This document shows, in pieces, positions 41,136 through 61,635 of a DNA stretch of 64,000 bases. The translations under genes and the position numbers were made by a program. The stretch's first letter is position 1. Every line of letters starts with the position of its first letter. Source of the stretch: the human T2T-CHM13v2.0 reference genome, Homo sapiens. Under the pieces are notes generated by a model. The model had not been told where the DNA came from, did no database searches, and worked only from the letters and a program-made list of their open reading frames with translations. The stretch lies in NCBI RefSeq assembly GCF_009914755.1, contig NC_060931.1. One strand, written 5' to 3'.

Positions 41136-42244
41136 ATTGTCTATGAGAAAGGAGAATGTTCTATTGAGAGGCCAATTTACTTCAACTAAAGAAAAACTGT
41201 GAAGCAAATAATCCAGTCCTATAGTGTGTGTAATTTAGATGCTATGGTATAAAATGCCTTATTATGAGCAAATAAGGCAGCTAGATATTTTATCAAAATT
41301 GAAAAATAAAGACAAAATTAAGATAAGGTAAAGGAGCTTATATACTGATTTATACAAGTAGAAGCAGTGTTCTTAAATAAGATTATGCCCTGTTGCCTAT
41401 CACAAGAAACGGACACCGCTGCTGAATTCCCTTCACGTGCCACATAAAGTAGTAAGAATCACTGGTTGTGAAATTGTTTCAATGAAAAGATTACCTTTAC
41501 CTATACTACATATAAACCTCTACATTACAGATAGTGAATATTGGTAGAAGAAAGTTGAGATTATAGAATGGCATGAAATAAAAATTATTATAGGAAATGG
41601 TCCTTATGTAGCTGTGAGTGGATTTGATGAAGTAACTATCTAGGAAGGATCAGAGATAAGATGCCTGCCAGCCCTGGTGAAGGAAGAACTAGAGAGAACT
41701 CACCAGAAGGTCAGTACTTCCTGCTGCTGGAGTGGCATGGTCCAGGGGGGCATTGTGGCTCCTCCCTCTTGTTAGAATCCAGGTCAAAGTAGAGTTGGAC
41801 AGAAAGTTCAGGAAGTGAGGATAAACCAGAACACACCAGCTCCACTGCTTCTGTACCTGGTGGCCTCCATCCAATTACACCAAGCAGGGATGGACATTCT
41901 GGGAAAAGTACTAGCTTACTTTCTCTTTCTCATGGACTAGCTTTCAATTTCCAAATACCTTTAAGTTGACATATATAGCCATAATTTAGTCAAATTTGAT
42001 CAATTAAATCCTAACAGTGTTCCATAAAAATTTTAAGATTATGATTACAATACAAAATCAGTATTATAAAAATAATTTTATTTACTCAATATATTAAATA
42101 TTTACATCCCTAAGTTAAAAGAAATCGTTTCATAGTGTAGTGTAAGATAAAAAGCAACATTTTTATATGTGAGTGACATATAATAGAAATATCAGTTAGA
42201 TGGGGATTTTGGAGAATACTTTTTCTGACTTATAAAACTAAATG

Positions 42245-42290
42245 TTAACCCTTCAAGCTAAATATTCTTAACCCTTCAAACTAAATATTT
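42245..42290. repeat. 23 bp tandem duplication
   Basis: TTAACCCTTCAA(G/A)CTAAATATT(C/T) x2. Confidence 0.95.
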
Positions 42291-42662
42291 TTATCTACAG
42301 AAAAGAGGAGGAGCAGGTAAAATATCCAAATACTTATTTGATTGACCTCTTAATTCCCTGGATATTCCTCACTGCTTAACAAACCAAAAGTCAAGGTGGC
42401 ACAAGCCCACTCCCCAGGCAAAGGTTACATTTTTGAAATTGTTTTGTGGGTGTGGCCTGTGATGAAGTTATGGCTAATGGAAGGAGAACTTGCCTGTCCA
42501 ACTTCTAGGAAGTGTTCTTGATGTTGCTTGAACTGGGGATAAGAAGGCTGAAGTTTTGCAGGGGACTGGAAAAATGCAGGATCCTGGCTCCCTGAGCATT
42601 TTATGGAGGAAAATCACCAAACCAGCCCTCAATTGCTTTCTGCTCAGATAAAACATGAGAGG

Positions 42663-43026
42663 TGTCTCAGTCCAGTCACACTGCAGTAACAAATGCCATG
42701 GACCAGGTGGCTTGTAAACAACAGACGTTTATGTTTTGTAGTTCTGGAGGTTGGAAGTTTGAGATCAAGGTGCTAGCAGATTTTTGTTTCCTAAGGACTC
42801 TTCCTGGTTCATACTGGGCACCTTCTAGCTGTGTCCTCACATGGAGGAAGCGGTGAGGCAGCTTTCTGGACTCTCTTTGATAAGGGCACTAATCCCATTC
42901 ATGAGGTTTCTCTGCCCTCATAACTGAATTGCTTCCCAAAGTCTCCACCTCCAAATTCCATCACACTGGAGGTTGGGTATCAACAGGTGAATGACAGGGA
43001 GGAGCACAAACATTTGATCCATAGTG
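42663..43026 (-). mobile_element. MLT1A0-like MaLR solo LTR
   Basis: 'gttctggaggttggaagtttgagatcaaggtg', 'ataagggcactaatcccattcatgagg'. Confidence 0.88.
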
Positions 43027-45029
43027 GAAGGAAAATTAACTTCCAGGGTTACTTCGCAGTTTGGTCACAATAGGCATACCTGGGTTACCTTATGATGGCT
43101 ACTCAACATGGTGTCCAGAATTTTCTTTGGAAATTTTCTTAGATTCTTTTAAGTAAATTTGTTGCTTAAAGACCTCTGATCTAAATCCTACTATTTGTTT
43201 GATCAAAAAACATGTACAATTGTGTTTATTAGATCTTGCTGAGTTTTAATTTACAAAGACATCCTTCTTTTCAAAATAGACACATTGTTTTTCAAAGGTT
43301 TTAGTCACCTTTTTAATATGTGCTTTGTTATAAAAGTCAATTCTAGGTTTTTCAGGATAACTTTCAAAAATACTCTTTGTGTAAATTTATAATTTTTTAA
43401 TAATATTTAAAGTAATGCCTCAAACACTTCAGGCAACCTCAATGTGTATCTGGATATCCAATTCATTAATATTTTTCCTTCCTTAAACAAAATTGCCATC
43501 TGCAGTAATAAATAACAAAGTGATCACCTTCCTTATGGCCATTCTCTTTTCTCCAGCAAGAGTCATCATTTTTTTTCTCCCAGTTCTAATTTCCTTTCTC
43601 TCTTTTGCATTATTAAATCCCTTGGTGTTTTTTTGTATCAACTTTTAATTTAAAACCATGAATTTAATTAGAGCATAAAATTATTTTTTGAGATCAACAA
43701 GATATTGAATTGGGCTCTTTCCAGCAGTGATTACTATATTACAGGCTTCCCTACCTCAAAATAAAACTGCACCCAACAGGTTTGTTTTTCAGAGTCATTT
43801 TGAAAAATTGCATTTAGTCTATCAACTTAATAAGTATTTGATTAATTTATTAGTTTTCACATTTTATATATTTTAGAGAAATTTTTGTTTTATAATTGTA
43901 TTGTTCTAAGAATAGTTTAACATTACAGTTAGCAATAAAGTGCCACCTTCATCTTCATCAAGTGACAGCGAATACACCTTAGAATATTTTATAATTAGCA
44001 CTTAGACTTTTTGAATCAGAGGTAATTAGAACTTTATTGCAAAGCTTCTAAAGTCATTCAAAATATAATTTTTACTTTCAATAATGGTGAAGGTTGTTTA
44101 AATATATGTTTTAATTTATAACCTTGAAGGATAGTTATTCTTCCAAATTTGGATGCCAAAAATGTCCTAAGAGTAATTTATTCTAAAAAGATTTAAAGAT
44201 ATAGGTGAAACAAACTGAGGAGACATCAACAATAGCTAGAAGCACCAGTTGTGAATAAAGAAATTGACATTTAGGTAGGAGTAGAGACAGAACTGTGGAA
44301 AAAGCTATAAGCCCACTTGAAGACACACCTTCTTACCATGATACTGCGTGCTCCCCTAACCTTTCCTAGCTGCCCTTTCCTTCCTCTCAGCCCAATGAAT
44401 AGAGTCTCAGCACAGTCACACCAGGTTTGGGAAATAATGAGAAGCTGAGGGCAGCTGGGGTAGGCAGCACCCACACAGAGGCAACACCCTGCACCGCCTG
44501 GCTGGACTGAGGACCTTCTGTTTGCTGCTGTTCTGCCTCCTCTCTCATGCCCAGGTCCCTCTGATCCAAGTGGCCCTCGTCAGGTTCCTGCCCCCTGGCT
44601 GGCATCCAAGCCAGGTAGTTCAACCTTTCTGAAGGTGCTGTGTTGCACAAGGGAGAGAGGGTGGACTATCGGGGCTGATGTCTAGCCTGAGCCCCATTCC
44701 CATCCTCTGTGCCCTGCCCCAGTCTATATCAGCATTGAGCAAAATGTATCTTGCCTGATTCTCACAGAGGCACATTTGTGGGGACCCCGGCCAGCCTTCT
44801 ACAAGCCTGGCTGTCACCTATTATTGACCTCCTCCTGCCAGCCCCTTTCCCTAAGAACCGGAGTACTCAGTTACATTTTTGTTTATGTGGGCTACACCAG
44901 AATCTCAGCCCTTCTCTGTTTCTTGCAGATCTTTGCCTTGACCTTGTGGAACTGTCCAGCCATCTAGCTCCCAAAAGCAATGCTTAAATCATCCCCGAAA
45001 TCAGATCAGATGTGAATGACATCAGCTCA

Positions 45030-45135
45030 TCAGCCTTGGGCAAGTTTCCCAACCTCTATGCAACCAATCCCATGTTGCCTCTGGAAATGGGAGAAATAAT
45101 ACCTGTCTCTAGGGTTACTGTTAGATTTAAATTTG
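45030..45135 (+). mobile_element. MIR core fragment
   Basis: 'ccttgggcaagtttcccaacctct...ctggaaatgggagaaataatacct'. Confidence 0.7.
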
Positions 45136-45817
45136 CCCCCTGTATTAAACAGTGCCTTATTCTCTTTTCTTTTTTCAATTTAATTTTATTTTAACTGACA
45201 AATGTATATAATTTTATATATTTATGGGGTACAAAGTCATGTTTTGATACATGTATACATTGTGGAATGGGCAAATCAGGCTAATTAATGTATCCATCAC
45301 CCCACATACTTACCATTTCTTTGTGGTAAGAACATTTAAAATCCAATCTTCTGTTACTTTTCAAATATACAATACATTATTGTTAACTGTAGTCACCTTG
45401 CTCTATGATGGATCACCAGAAGGTATTCCTCCTGCCCAACTGAAACATTGTACCGTTTAACTAATACTGCTCTCCTCATCCACCACCACCCTGTCTGTGG
45501 TAACCACCATTCTACTCTCTAATTCTGTGAGCTTGAATTTTTTAGATTCCACATATGAGTGAGATCATGCAAAATTTGTCTTTTTGTGCCTGGTTTATTT
45601 TGCTTAGCATAGTGTACTCTAGATTTGTCCATGGTGTCACAATAATGTCATTTGGTTCCTTTTTAAGGCTGAATAGTATTCCATTGTGTGTATATGTATG
45701 TATATAATGTGTGTATATCATATTCTTATGTTTCTATATGTGTATAATATGTAGCATGATATATATTATATGTTTTAATGTTTTAAAGATTTAATGTTTA
45801 TAATACATGGTATATGA

Positions 45818-46278
<461 letters not shown>

Positions 46279-46875
46279 CAGGTGTAGATTTCATTTTTCT
46301 CGGGTATAACCCCCAAAGACAGATTGCTAGGTGTTATTGTAATTCTATTTTTAATTTTCTGAGGAAACTCCACACTGCTTTCCATAATGGCTGCACCAAT
46401 TTACATTCTCACCATCTGTATATACGCTTTTCCTTTTCTCCACATCCTCACCAATACTTGTTATCTCTTGCCTTTTTTAAATAATAGCCATCCTAGCAGG
46501 TGTGAGATGGTATCTTATTGTGGTTTTGGTTTCCAATTCCTTGATGTTGAGAACCTTTCTCATATACTTGCACATTACTTTTATGGAGAAATATCTATTC
46601 GGGTCCATTGCCCATTTTTTTGTCCAGGTTATTTGTTATTTTGCTATTGAATGTATGAGCTCCTTATGTATTTTGATTATTAATCTTTTATCATATATAG
46701 GGTTCACAAATATTTTCTCCTATTCTGTGGCTGCCTTTTCATTTTGTTAATTTTCCATTGCTGTGCAGAAACTTTTTAGTTTGATGTTTAGCTTAGATCA
46801 GTTTACTTTGATATTTTATTGCTTTTGCTATTTTTTCCTGAGCTTTTGGTATAATAACTACAAAAATGTATTACC

Positions 46876-47545
46876 TCCACTGCTGGGTATGTATCCAAAA
46901 GAAAGGAATTCAGTATATCAAAGAGACATCTGCACTCTGTGTTTGTTGCAGCACATATACAATAGCGAAGATTTGGAAGCACCCTAAATGTCCATTAACA
47001 GACGAATGGATAAAGAAAATGTGGTACATATACACAATGGAGTACTATTCAGCCACAAAAAGAACAACATCCAGTCATTTGCAATAACACAAATGGAACT
47101 GGAGGTCATTATGTCAAGTGAAATAAGCCAGGCACAGGGAGACAAACATCACATGTTCTTGTTTATTTGTAGGATCTAAAAATTAAAACAATTGAACACA
47201 CGGAGATAAAGAATAGAAGAACAGTTACCAGAGGCTGGGAAGGGTAACAGGGCTCTCAGAGCCAGAGGTTGGGATAGTTACTGGGTACAAAACAAAGGTT
47301 TGCACGAATGAATAAGGCCTAGTATTTGATAGCACAAGAAGGTAACTATACATTTTAAAATAACTAAAAGAGTATAATTGGATTGTTTGTAATACAAGGA
47401 TAAATGCTTGAGGGGATGGATACTCTGTCTTCCATGATGTGATTATTATGCATTGCATGCTTGTATCAAAGCATCCCCATAAATATATACACCTACTATA
47501 TACTCACAACAATTAAAAATTAAAAATATAAAAATAAATAAAAAA
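46876..47545 (+). mobile_element. L1MA1-3-like 5'-truncated element nested in the opposite-strand L1
   Basis: 'gaatggataaagaaaatgtggtacatatacacaatggagtactattcagcc'; 3' UTR 'aaatgcttgaggggatggatac'; A-rich tail. Confidence 0.9.
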
Positions 47546-47849
47546 TCATTGTCAAAGCTATCCCCTGTGTTTTCTTCTAGGGGTTTTACAGTTTCAGTTC
47601 TTATGATTTTGTGTATTATCTAAGATTAGTGCACTATTTAAATATTTTGCATGTGGATCTCATTTAACCAATACCATTTGTTGAGGACAATGTCTTCTCC
47701 TCATTGTGTCTTCTTGGTGCCTTTGTTGACAATATATGCTTAGGTTTATGTTGGAGGCTCTCAGTATTGTTCCATTGAACTCTGGGTCAGTTTTTATGCC
47801 AGTAGCATATTCATTGGTTACTATTGCTTTATAATATAATTTGAAATAA

Positions 47850-48192
<343 letters not shown>

Positions 48193-48199
48193 ACTCTTT

Positions 48200-48385
48200 T
48201 TCAAATTTATTTTTAATTGACAAATAAAAATTTTTACTTATGGGGTACAATGTGATGTTTTGATATACACATACATTGTAGAAAGATTTAATCAAATTGA
48301 TTAACATATCTATCATCTCACTATTTTTATAGTGAGAATGTTAAAAATCTCTTCTTTTAGTAATTTTGAAATGTTCGATACGTTG
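48200..48385 (-). mobile_element. L1MA 3' end fragment
   Basis: 'aattgacaaataaaaa...tatggggtacaatgtgatgttttgata'. Confidence 0.75.
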
Positions 48386-50416
48386 AAAATGTTACCAGAC
48401 AACAGAAACCTTTTATTTTATACACTTGTGATCCAAAATTTCAGAACCTGTGTGTACTTAAAAATACTTTTGGAAGTTGCTAACTGACACTAGATTTTTT
48501 AAGTGAATCATAATGTCAGTTTAAAAATTGAGTTCTAACAAAACCAAAGAAATATTGTTCAGACCTATGTGACCTAGACAGCTAAGCTGCACTCTTTCTC
48601 GCCTATAAGTCCAGTTATTTGTTTGTTTTTTGGTTGTTGCTGCTAAATTGTTGGTTCACACAAGTATATCACTGCCTTATGCTGTATTATTTCAGAGAAG
48701 TTTATAAATCTTAATGCTGTGTTGGTCCAATCTTATCTCCTTCCTCTTTCTATAGTTTTGGATATATCTGAGTTGTGTTAACTACAGTAGTTTTTTTAAG
48801 TTGTTTTAAAATTTAATAATATATTTACAATAAATCAAATTTGTAACTTTAAAATACAATTTAATTCTGTCACATAATGAATGCTGAGGGTAGGAATTAA
48901 AGGTAAGTTGCTAGTTCTCACCTAGTAAAAGAAAGTGTAGAAAAATACTCAACAGAGGATAGAAGGCAACACATTTACTTTTATTAATACCAATAAATTG
49001 TATCCTTACTATAATATTTTAAAAATATTCTTCCCTCTTGAACCCAATGCTTTATTTGTAGCCTGCATTTCCTTGCTATCTGAAAGCATCATACACCATT
49101 ACCTAACAGATGCATTAACCAAATACAAGGAAAGCCAGATTTTCTTTCCAGCGCTCCTTTAGTTATGCCACTTGCTGTGATAGAGGCCATGGAATGGGAG
49201 GGGCTGATGATTATCCAAGTAGCAGGTGAGCAGGAGAGCAGATGGGGAGGAAATGGCTCTTTAAAGTAGCTGCAGTAGGAAAACACCATGGGCGTAGTCC
49301 CAGCTGAGGAAGACCATGGGAGGTGGTGGCAAGCATAAAATAGCACCTGGAAAGTTCAATGAGTGATAGGCAAGTGATTGTCCTTGGAGATTCAACACAG
49401 TGAGAATGAGATTACAGTATTTGTGACTCTGAAACCAAGAATCAGTAGTACGCAAAAATCTAACCAAGGGAGCAGGCAGTGGTTACTAGGAATATCACTG
49501 CCCCCTCGACGGGACCTCAAGCACTAGACAGTGGGGTAGAAATAATTTCCTGCCAATAGCAATGGGGGTGAGACATGGAGTGCGTGTCAGGAAGCAAAGA
49601 CAACAACTTAGGCTCAAATAATAAAAAGGGAGCCAATGTCCAGAATGGGATTAAAATGTATAGGTTATGATTTCTGAATAAGGAGGGAATTGCTAAGGAA
49701 GTTCAAAAGAGATATGCACTAAGATAAATTGAGACCAAAGCCCATAGTGCTGCATCAGGATCTTTCTTGCAGTTGTGAGGTGCCTGAGCCTCAGATGAGG
49801 CTATAACAAGGGTAGAGGAAGAAGGCTCCCCGGGAACCCTTTTCTGCACTCTCTTGGGAACACTGACCATCTGCCAATCCACAGTTTTCTCCCGTGATCC
49901 TTTTGCTGTTCTATGTCTTCTCACTGCTTCTATAAAGTATTCTTTGAATGTATTAACTAAGAGGTTTTTTCTTCTGAAAAAAAGTCCCAGCATGTTGTTT
50001 CTTACTTTTATATGTTTATTCTATTCAAAGAAATAATCTTATTTCAAAAAATTTGCTGACTCTCAATTCAGTTTTTAATTCCAGAATTGAGATTTTAAAG
50101 TTGTACTGAAAATATTTCCAAAGGCTTTGGGATTTATATAAATATTTATGAAATAAGAATAACTTCTCTCTTTATTCACAAAAATGAATAATAAGTATGC
50201 CCTAATGTAAAAATATAATTTTATCTTTTAATATGTTGACATTAACTTTTTGAATATTGAATGGTTCTTTAATTCTTTAATTCTGTTGTACTTTTTAAAT
50301 GCTTTTAATTCTGATTATTTTATTTAATTACATGTATTGATGGCCTATTAATATAGTGGCATAGTAAGTAGACTTAATGATAGACACAATAATAAATAAT
50401 ATATGGCCTAGTAAAG

Positions 50417-50798
50417 TGTCTTAGTCTGCTAAAGCTACCATAACAAAATACCACAGGCTGGGTAGCTTACACAACAAAAATTTATTTTTCACAGTTCTGG
50501 GGCTAGAAATCCAAGATCAAAAGGCTGAACAATTTGGTTCCTGGTGAGGGCTGTCTTCCTGGCTTGCAGATGGCTGCTTTCTCACTGAGCCCTCACATGG
50601 CCTTTCCGAGAGAGACAGAGAGGGAGACTAGAACTCCAGTGTGTCTGCTTATAAGGACACCAGTCCTATCAGATCAGGGTTCCACCACTATCACTTCTTT
50701 TAACCTTAATTACTTCTGTAAAGGCCCCAACTATCACACTGAGGGATAAGGCCTCAACATACACATTTCGGGGGTACACAAACACTCAGTTCATAACA
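50417..50798 (-). mobile_element. MLT1A MaLR solo LTR
   Basis: TGTCTTAGTC...'ggtgagggctgtcttcctggcttgcagatggc'...CATAACA. Confidence 0.9.
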
Positions 50799-51254
50799 TA
50801 AGTTCAATAATACATTCCTGTTTACCTAAGAAAGTTCTGAATGCTATGAATATTAACCTGATTTAATTATTAAAAGGACACATCTCCTTTCACTATTAGA
50901 ATTGACCTGATGTGCATGATAAATTAAAGTCTCTCCAGACCAGGGCTTCAAGGGTTTCGGGGAGGAAGAAGAGCCAATAAAACACACATCAATAGGCTTA
51001 ATAGAAAAGTTCTGAAAATAGTGTGAGGTCTCATGCAATCAGCTGAATGACAACATGATGAGTCAGCTCAACACTTCCGAACCCACTCTTCTTGTTGGCA
51101 GTTAGGATTAACTTGACTGTACTGTCTGTCTTTGAGGATTAAGCCACAGCATGTGAAAGCCCACAGCAGCCCTGGCACACAGCTGGCATGCAGCACTCCA
51201 TCCTTTGTTTTTTATGGACAGTCTTTTCAGTCAGCATGGATCAGAGAAGACTTT

Positions 51255-51600
51255 TAAAAGATGTAGCTCTTGCTAAGCCTTGAGGTGTGAGTACACATTT
51301 GCTGAGCAGAAAATGAGTAGATCAGAACGGAAACACCAACAACAAGGACAACTAGGTGATGCCAGAGACAGTAGGAAGACTTCAGCAGGATTCGGGACCC
51401 TCAAGTAGCCTGGTGCTCAGACTGGTGTAGCAGGGAGAAAGGGCAGATAAGTCTGAAGCAAAGATGGCAATCAAATTCTGAGGATTCGAGCGTTATATCT
51501 GAGCTGGGGCTGTATTCTGTGTGTAATGTAGGAGCACCTCAAGCTCTGAAGGAAAGTTACAGGTCCAAATTGAAGTTTTTTCCAAAAAAATTACTCCTAC
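51255..51600 (-). mobile_element. Decayed L2 fragment
   Basis: Weak L2-like purine-rich blocks, e.g. 'ggctgtattctgtgtgtaatgtaggagc'. Confidence 0.4.
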
Positions 51601-52234
51601 GGAAATACGTTGAACAGATTAGACTTGGGAAAAATCATTGGTGGAGAGAAAAACTATAAGGTGATTTATACTTTTCTTTCTTATTTTTGGAAATTGTAAT
51701 AAAGTTTTGAGACACTTTTTTTGCCCAGTGTTTGTGTTGTTTTTAATTTCAGAGAATCTTTTCTTTGGGAATTGTATTATGAAGAGTGGAATAGACAGGA
51801 ATACTTGCAACCACACAGAGCTTTCTTAAGCTTATCTTACATGAGGACGAAATACAAGCTAAATAAATGACCTATTATCCTTTATGATCCAGGAGAATAT
51901 AGTAAACTCTATAACTTCATGGTCTCATCTTAAGAACTTAAAATTCCAAAAAAATAAATAAATAAATAAGAAAAAGGTAACATCTCATTCTCGCAAGTCT
52001 TGTGTTCTATAAATATCAACCTTGGAAAGAAATTATGTTATTAATTAATTAAATCAATATTAGATAATTTGTATATTATACAGTATGAAAAATAAAAATT
52101 CTGTATATTTTTATTATGTGCATATTTTATGCACAGAAAAGAAAAGACATTTGTATACCAATTTGAGTGGTTGAGTTCATAGGTTATTTGTATTTTTCAT
52201 GAAGAGAATTTCACTTACTTTATTTTATTTTTTA

Positions 52235-53020
<786 letters not shown>

Positions 53021-54285
53021 CTTCTTTGTGGTTATCTTTCCTGACAATGCATTGCTGTACACTTAGGGCCATTTTAAAATACAAATGTGGAAATCTACTG
53101 AGCAATTTCTTTTCTAAAGGAGTTCATATGGTAACTAAAACCATTTCTGATGGTAAAATTTGTGCACACATTGAAACCAAATCACCAAATTATTATTTGT
53201 TAAAATTAGTATTCACACAAACACATTGTAGGTTATAGGAATAGATAATTTTCCTCGATTTTCTTCTTTAGCCTTAGCATTTGTCAGAAATAGGAGCCAA
53301 TAAGAAAAGTCCAGGTATGAGGATTTTTGTCTTTACATGCATAGGTGAGTGGGCACATTTGGAATCAAAGGCAATGTTCTTAAGTTCTGAAGATGAGACC
53401 ATGATGTTTAGACTAGAGTTTACTGTACTGACCTGGATCATAAAGGATGAGAGGTCATTTATTTAGCTTGTCTTTTATCCATATGTAAACAAATCTCAAT
53501 AAAGATTTGTAAAACCATCTTTGTAAAAGCTATAAGAAATACTTTTGAGAAAAAAAAATTTTTTAACAGAATTATTTTAGAAAGTTACAGAATTTAAAAT
53601 AATTAGAGAACGGAAAGTTTCAAAGCTGAACTTATTTTGGATAACACGTTTATTCTTCTCTACATTCAAGCTTTGAAAGCTAATATTCTGTTGCTTCGTA
53701 GGTTGCTTGGAATTGATTAAATTGTTAAGACCGTAAGTTCATTCTGTGAGACACAGGGATGCAAATGAAATCAGATTTCAGGTTTTTGGAGGAAACCACA
53801 TTGGATTCTATAAGAGAGAAACAAAGAAATGAGAGAAGGAACAAAGGAAAAACCGGAGGCAGGAAGGGGTTGCAGGAAGACAGGAAGATGGGTGTGAAGG
53901 AATATGACCATCTCTATTATACTTTTGCTCTCTTATTTACTGTAACTGATGTGTGTCAGTCCAAATCTGTGGCTCATATGAAAACAATCAACATTACAGT
54001 GTTTTAGCATAACTAAATGATTCTACTTAATCTTAATTATGTGACAGCAGAGTTGTAGAGCAATGGCTTGAAAAGACAGGCAACACTAATAGCATTTGTT
54101 GTAGCCTGAGGAACATAAAAAATTGTGTATTCACAGAGGCCCCCAGTAGCTCTCCTTAGGGCTATGCTACAGCTCTTAATATCTTTCCTGGTGCAACATT
54201 ATAAGTCACACACAGGAAAATGTATCCACCTAAAAAGATGCACTTGAAGAAAAGTTTGAATGAATTAAATGCTTGATCAAATTCA

Positions 54286-54601
<316 letters not shown>

Positions 54602-56434
54602 TTAAACAATCAGCTTATTTAGTCAGATATTCTTCTCCTCCTCTACTGCAAATTTTTCACATTAGCCCCAGTGACTTTCTCTCAATATTAACCAGAGGGT
54701 TATTTAAGAGACAGTGTGTTTTTTGTTATTATTTTGTAAATTTTCATGTAATTTGTTTTACATTTATAGTAGCAACATCAACTTCTATTCATTGTGGTTA
54801 GATATATTGAATTGCATAATTTCTGTGTTGGGGATTTTGAAGTTTATTGTTATTCTTGGGAAACGGTTAGTTTTGAAACGCTTTTGAGCATTCAAATACT
54901 ATTTAATATCTCAGTCTAGAGTGTATATTTTTAATAAATAAGTACAAATTAATAGAACTAGAACTAGTTTTTTTGATCCATTGGTGACTTACAGGAATCT
55001 TAACATCTTATGTTATTATGTTATTCTTTGCATTTGAGTCAATATTCCTATGCAATGAAAAGAGATGTTGTATTATATCCTTCAGTATTCTGCTTGAAGG
55101 TGATCAAATTTTCACTGTAGACTCTATGCCATCAATATAAAATAACCTTTTTGTCCTTTTGATTTTCTTTTGCCTTGAATCTTTCTTTATCAGGTATTAA
55201 TATTGCTTTATTTCCCTTTTCATTTTCCAGCAAAGTTTAGTCCATCTCAATTTTTTATTAAAGATTTACTTTTCATAAGTATGTGTGTTTCTAAACCTAA
55301 CTTTTAAAAGAAAAGGGAACAGAAAAAAATATATATATAATCACATATAATCTCAGCTCCAGACACAGACTATTAAAATTGCATATGCAGTCTTTTAAGC
55401 TGTGGGAAAATGATACAATACTGAAAAGAAGTGACAATAGGATTGTTTTATGGCCTTCAGGTGACTGTGTATGTATTATAGAAATGAGTTCAATGAGACT
55501 GCAGGATAAACAGCTTTTCTTTATGCCAGCTAGGCATTCAGCCCTTGATATTGCCACACCATGGCTCTTCCACACCATGAGCTGCCTCATGCACAGACAG
55601 GTGATCTCCCGCCCCCTCCCCCTTGCCTTCGTCTTGTCTTGGCCAACCTTCAGGCCCAGGGTGCACTCAATAGTCCTGCAATCCGTTTTTAGGGGGTCAG
55701 GCCATGCTGGTACCAGAAGTTGGATAGGGCCAATTTGTAAGGAATTGTGAGTCCTGCATACCAAAATGATTTCTAGAAGGGAAATTGGAGGCTTGGTGGG
55801 CCAGGTCCTTGGAGCCAAGGCATATAGCTTGAAGCACCAGACCTAGAGCAGGGAACCCTCTTGCCACATTTCTAAAGACAGTACTGATCCTAATGACCAA
55901 AACACAAACAAAAACACAAGTTTATAAGGATAATGGAATAACTGGCATATTGACATGGATTACAAAAATAGCAACTTCCAGGTAATACATTGAATAGGTA
56001 ATATGCACCTTTATGAATGACTTAAAGGAATGGACATGCCTTGTTGTGTTTTTTTTTTTATAGCAGTGGTCAATATTTTAAAGATTGGCAAATAATAATT
56101 TTCAAAATGGCTAGTGATTTAGGCCATAAAATGTTAAAAGGGCAAGTCAAATTCTAAGAAGTGACATCTGTTTTAAATTAATCAGGAAGTGACTATGATG
56201 ATTATTATTGTTTTTATTTTTTTATTTATTTCAATAAGTTTTTGTGGAACAGGTGGTGTTTGGTTACATGAGTAAGTTCTTCACTGGTGATTTCTGAGAT
56301 TTTGGTTCACCCATCACCTGAGCAGTGTACACTGCACCCAATGTGTAGTCTTTTATCCCTCACCCTCCTCCCACTCTTTCCCCCGAGTCCCCAAAGTTCA
56401 TTGTATCATTATTATGCCTCTGCATCCTCATAGC

Positions 56435-60543
<4,109 letters not shown>

Positions 60544-60626
60544 GCTATTTGATGCCTGAATACCTTGCTTTTTTTCATTGTGTTATTGTTGTATTGGTAC
60601 TATGAGATTTACGCTTTAAGGAGATT

Positions 60627-61635
60627 CTATTTTAGTGTATTTTGAGGATTTGCTTCAAGATTTAGAGCTCCTATTAGCAGTTCTTATAGTGCTGGCTTGT
60701 TAGTGGCTAATTATCTCAGCATTTGTTTATCTGGAAAAAGTTGTATCTTTCCTTCATTTATGAATTGTAGTTTCTGTGGGTACAAAATTCTTGGTTGACA
60801 GTTGTTTTGTTTAAGAAGGCTAAAGATAGGAGCCCCATCCCTTCTAGCTTGTAGGGTTTCTGCTGAGAAATCTACTGTTAATCTGATAGGTTTTTCTTTA
60901 TAGGTTACCTGATGCTTTTGCCTCATAGCCCTTAAGATTCTTTCCTTCGTCTTGACTTTAGATAACCTGACTTTAGATAACTATGTGCCTAGGCGATGGT
61001 CTCTTTGTGATAAATTTCCCAATTGTTCTTTGAGCTTCTTGTATTTGAATACCTAGATCCCTAACAAGGCTGGGGAAGTAGTCCTTGATTATTCCCTCAA
61101 ATATAAATATATTTTCCAAACTTTTAGATTTCTCTTCTCCCTCTGGAATGCCAATTATTCTTAGGTTTCATCATTTAACATAATCCCAAACTACATGGAG
61201 GCTTTGTTCATTTTTTAAATTATTTTTTCTTTGTCTTTGTCTGATTGAATTATTTCAAAAGCCTTATCTTTGCACTCTGAAGTTCTTTCTTCTACTTGTT
61301 CAATTCTATTACTAAGACTTTCCAGTGCATTTTGCATTTCTCTAAGTGTGTCCTTGATTTCCTGAAGTTGTGATTGTTTTTCAGTTATGCTATCTATTTC
61401 ACTAGAGTTTTTTTATTCATATCCTGTATCATTTTTTTATTTCTTTATGTTGGATTTGACCTTTCTCTGGTGCCTTCTTAATTGTGTAATACCGACCTTC
61501 TGAGTTCTTTCTCTGGAAATTCAGAGATTTTATCTTGGTTTGTGTCCATTGCTGGTGAGCAAGTGTGATCTTTTGGGGATGTTAAAAAACCTTGTTTTGT
61601 CATATTACCAGAATTGTTTTCTGGTTCCTTCTCAT
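60627..61635 (-). pseudogene. Disrupted L1 ORF1
   Basis: Fragments 'NNSGNMTKQG...SPAMD' and 'RQKHQVTYKEKPIRLTVDFSAETLQARR...QPRILYP'. Confidence 0.88.

Noticed and set aside
41540-41930. Possible ancient ERVL LTR (also 15580-15840 and 42380-42660)
   Set aside because: Similarity too weak to name or bound without a search.
55297-55818. 173 aa and 123 aa overlapping antiparallel ORFs
   Set aside because: TTG starts, no domain signal; consistent with chance.
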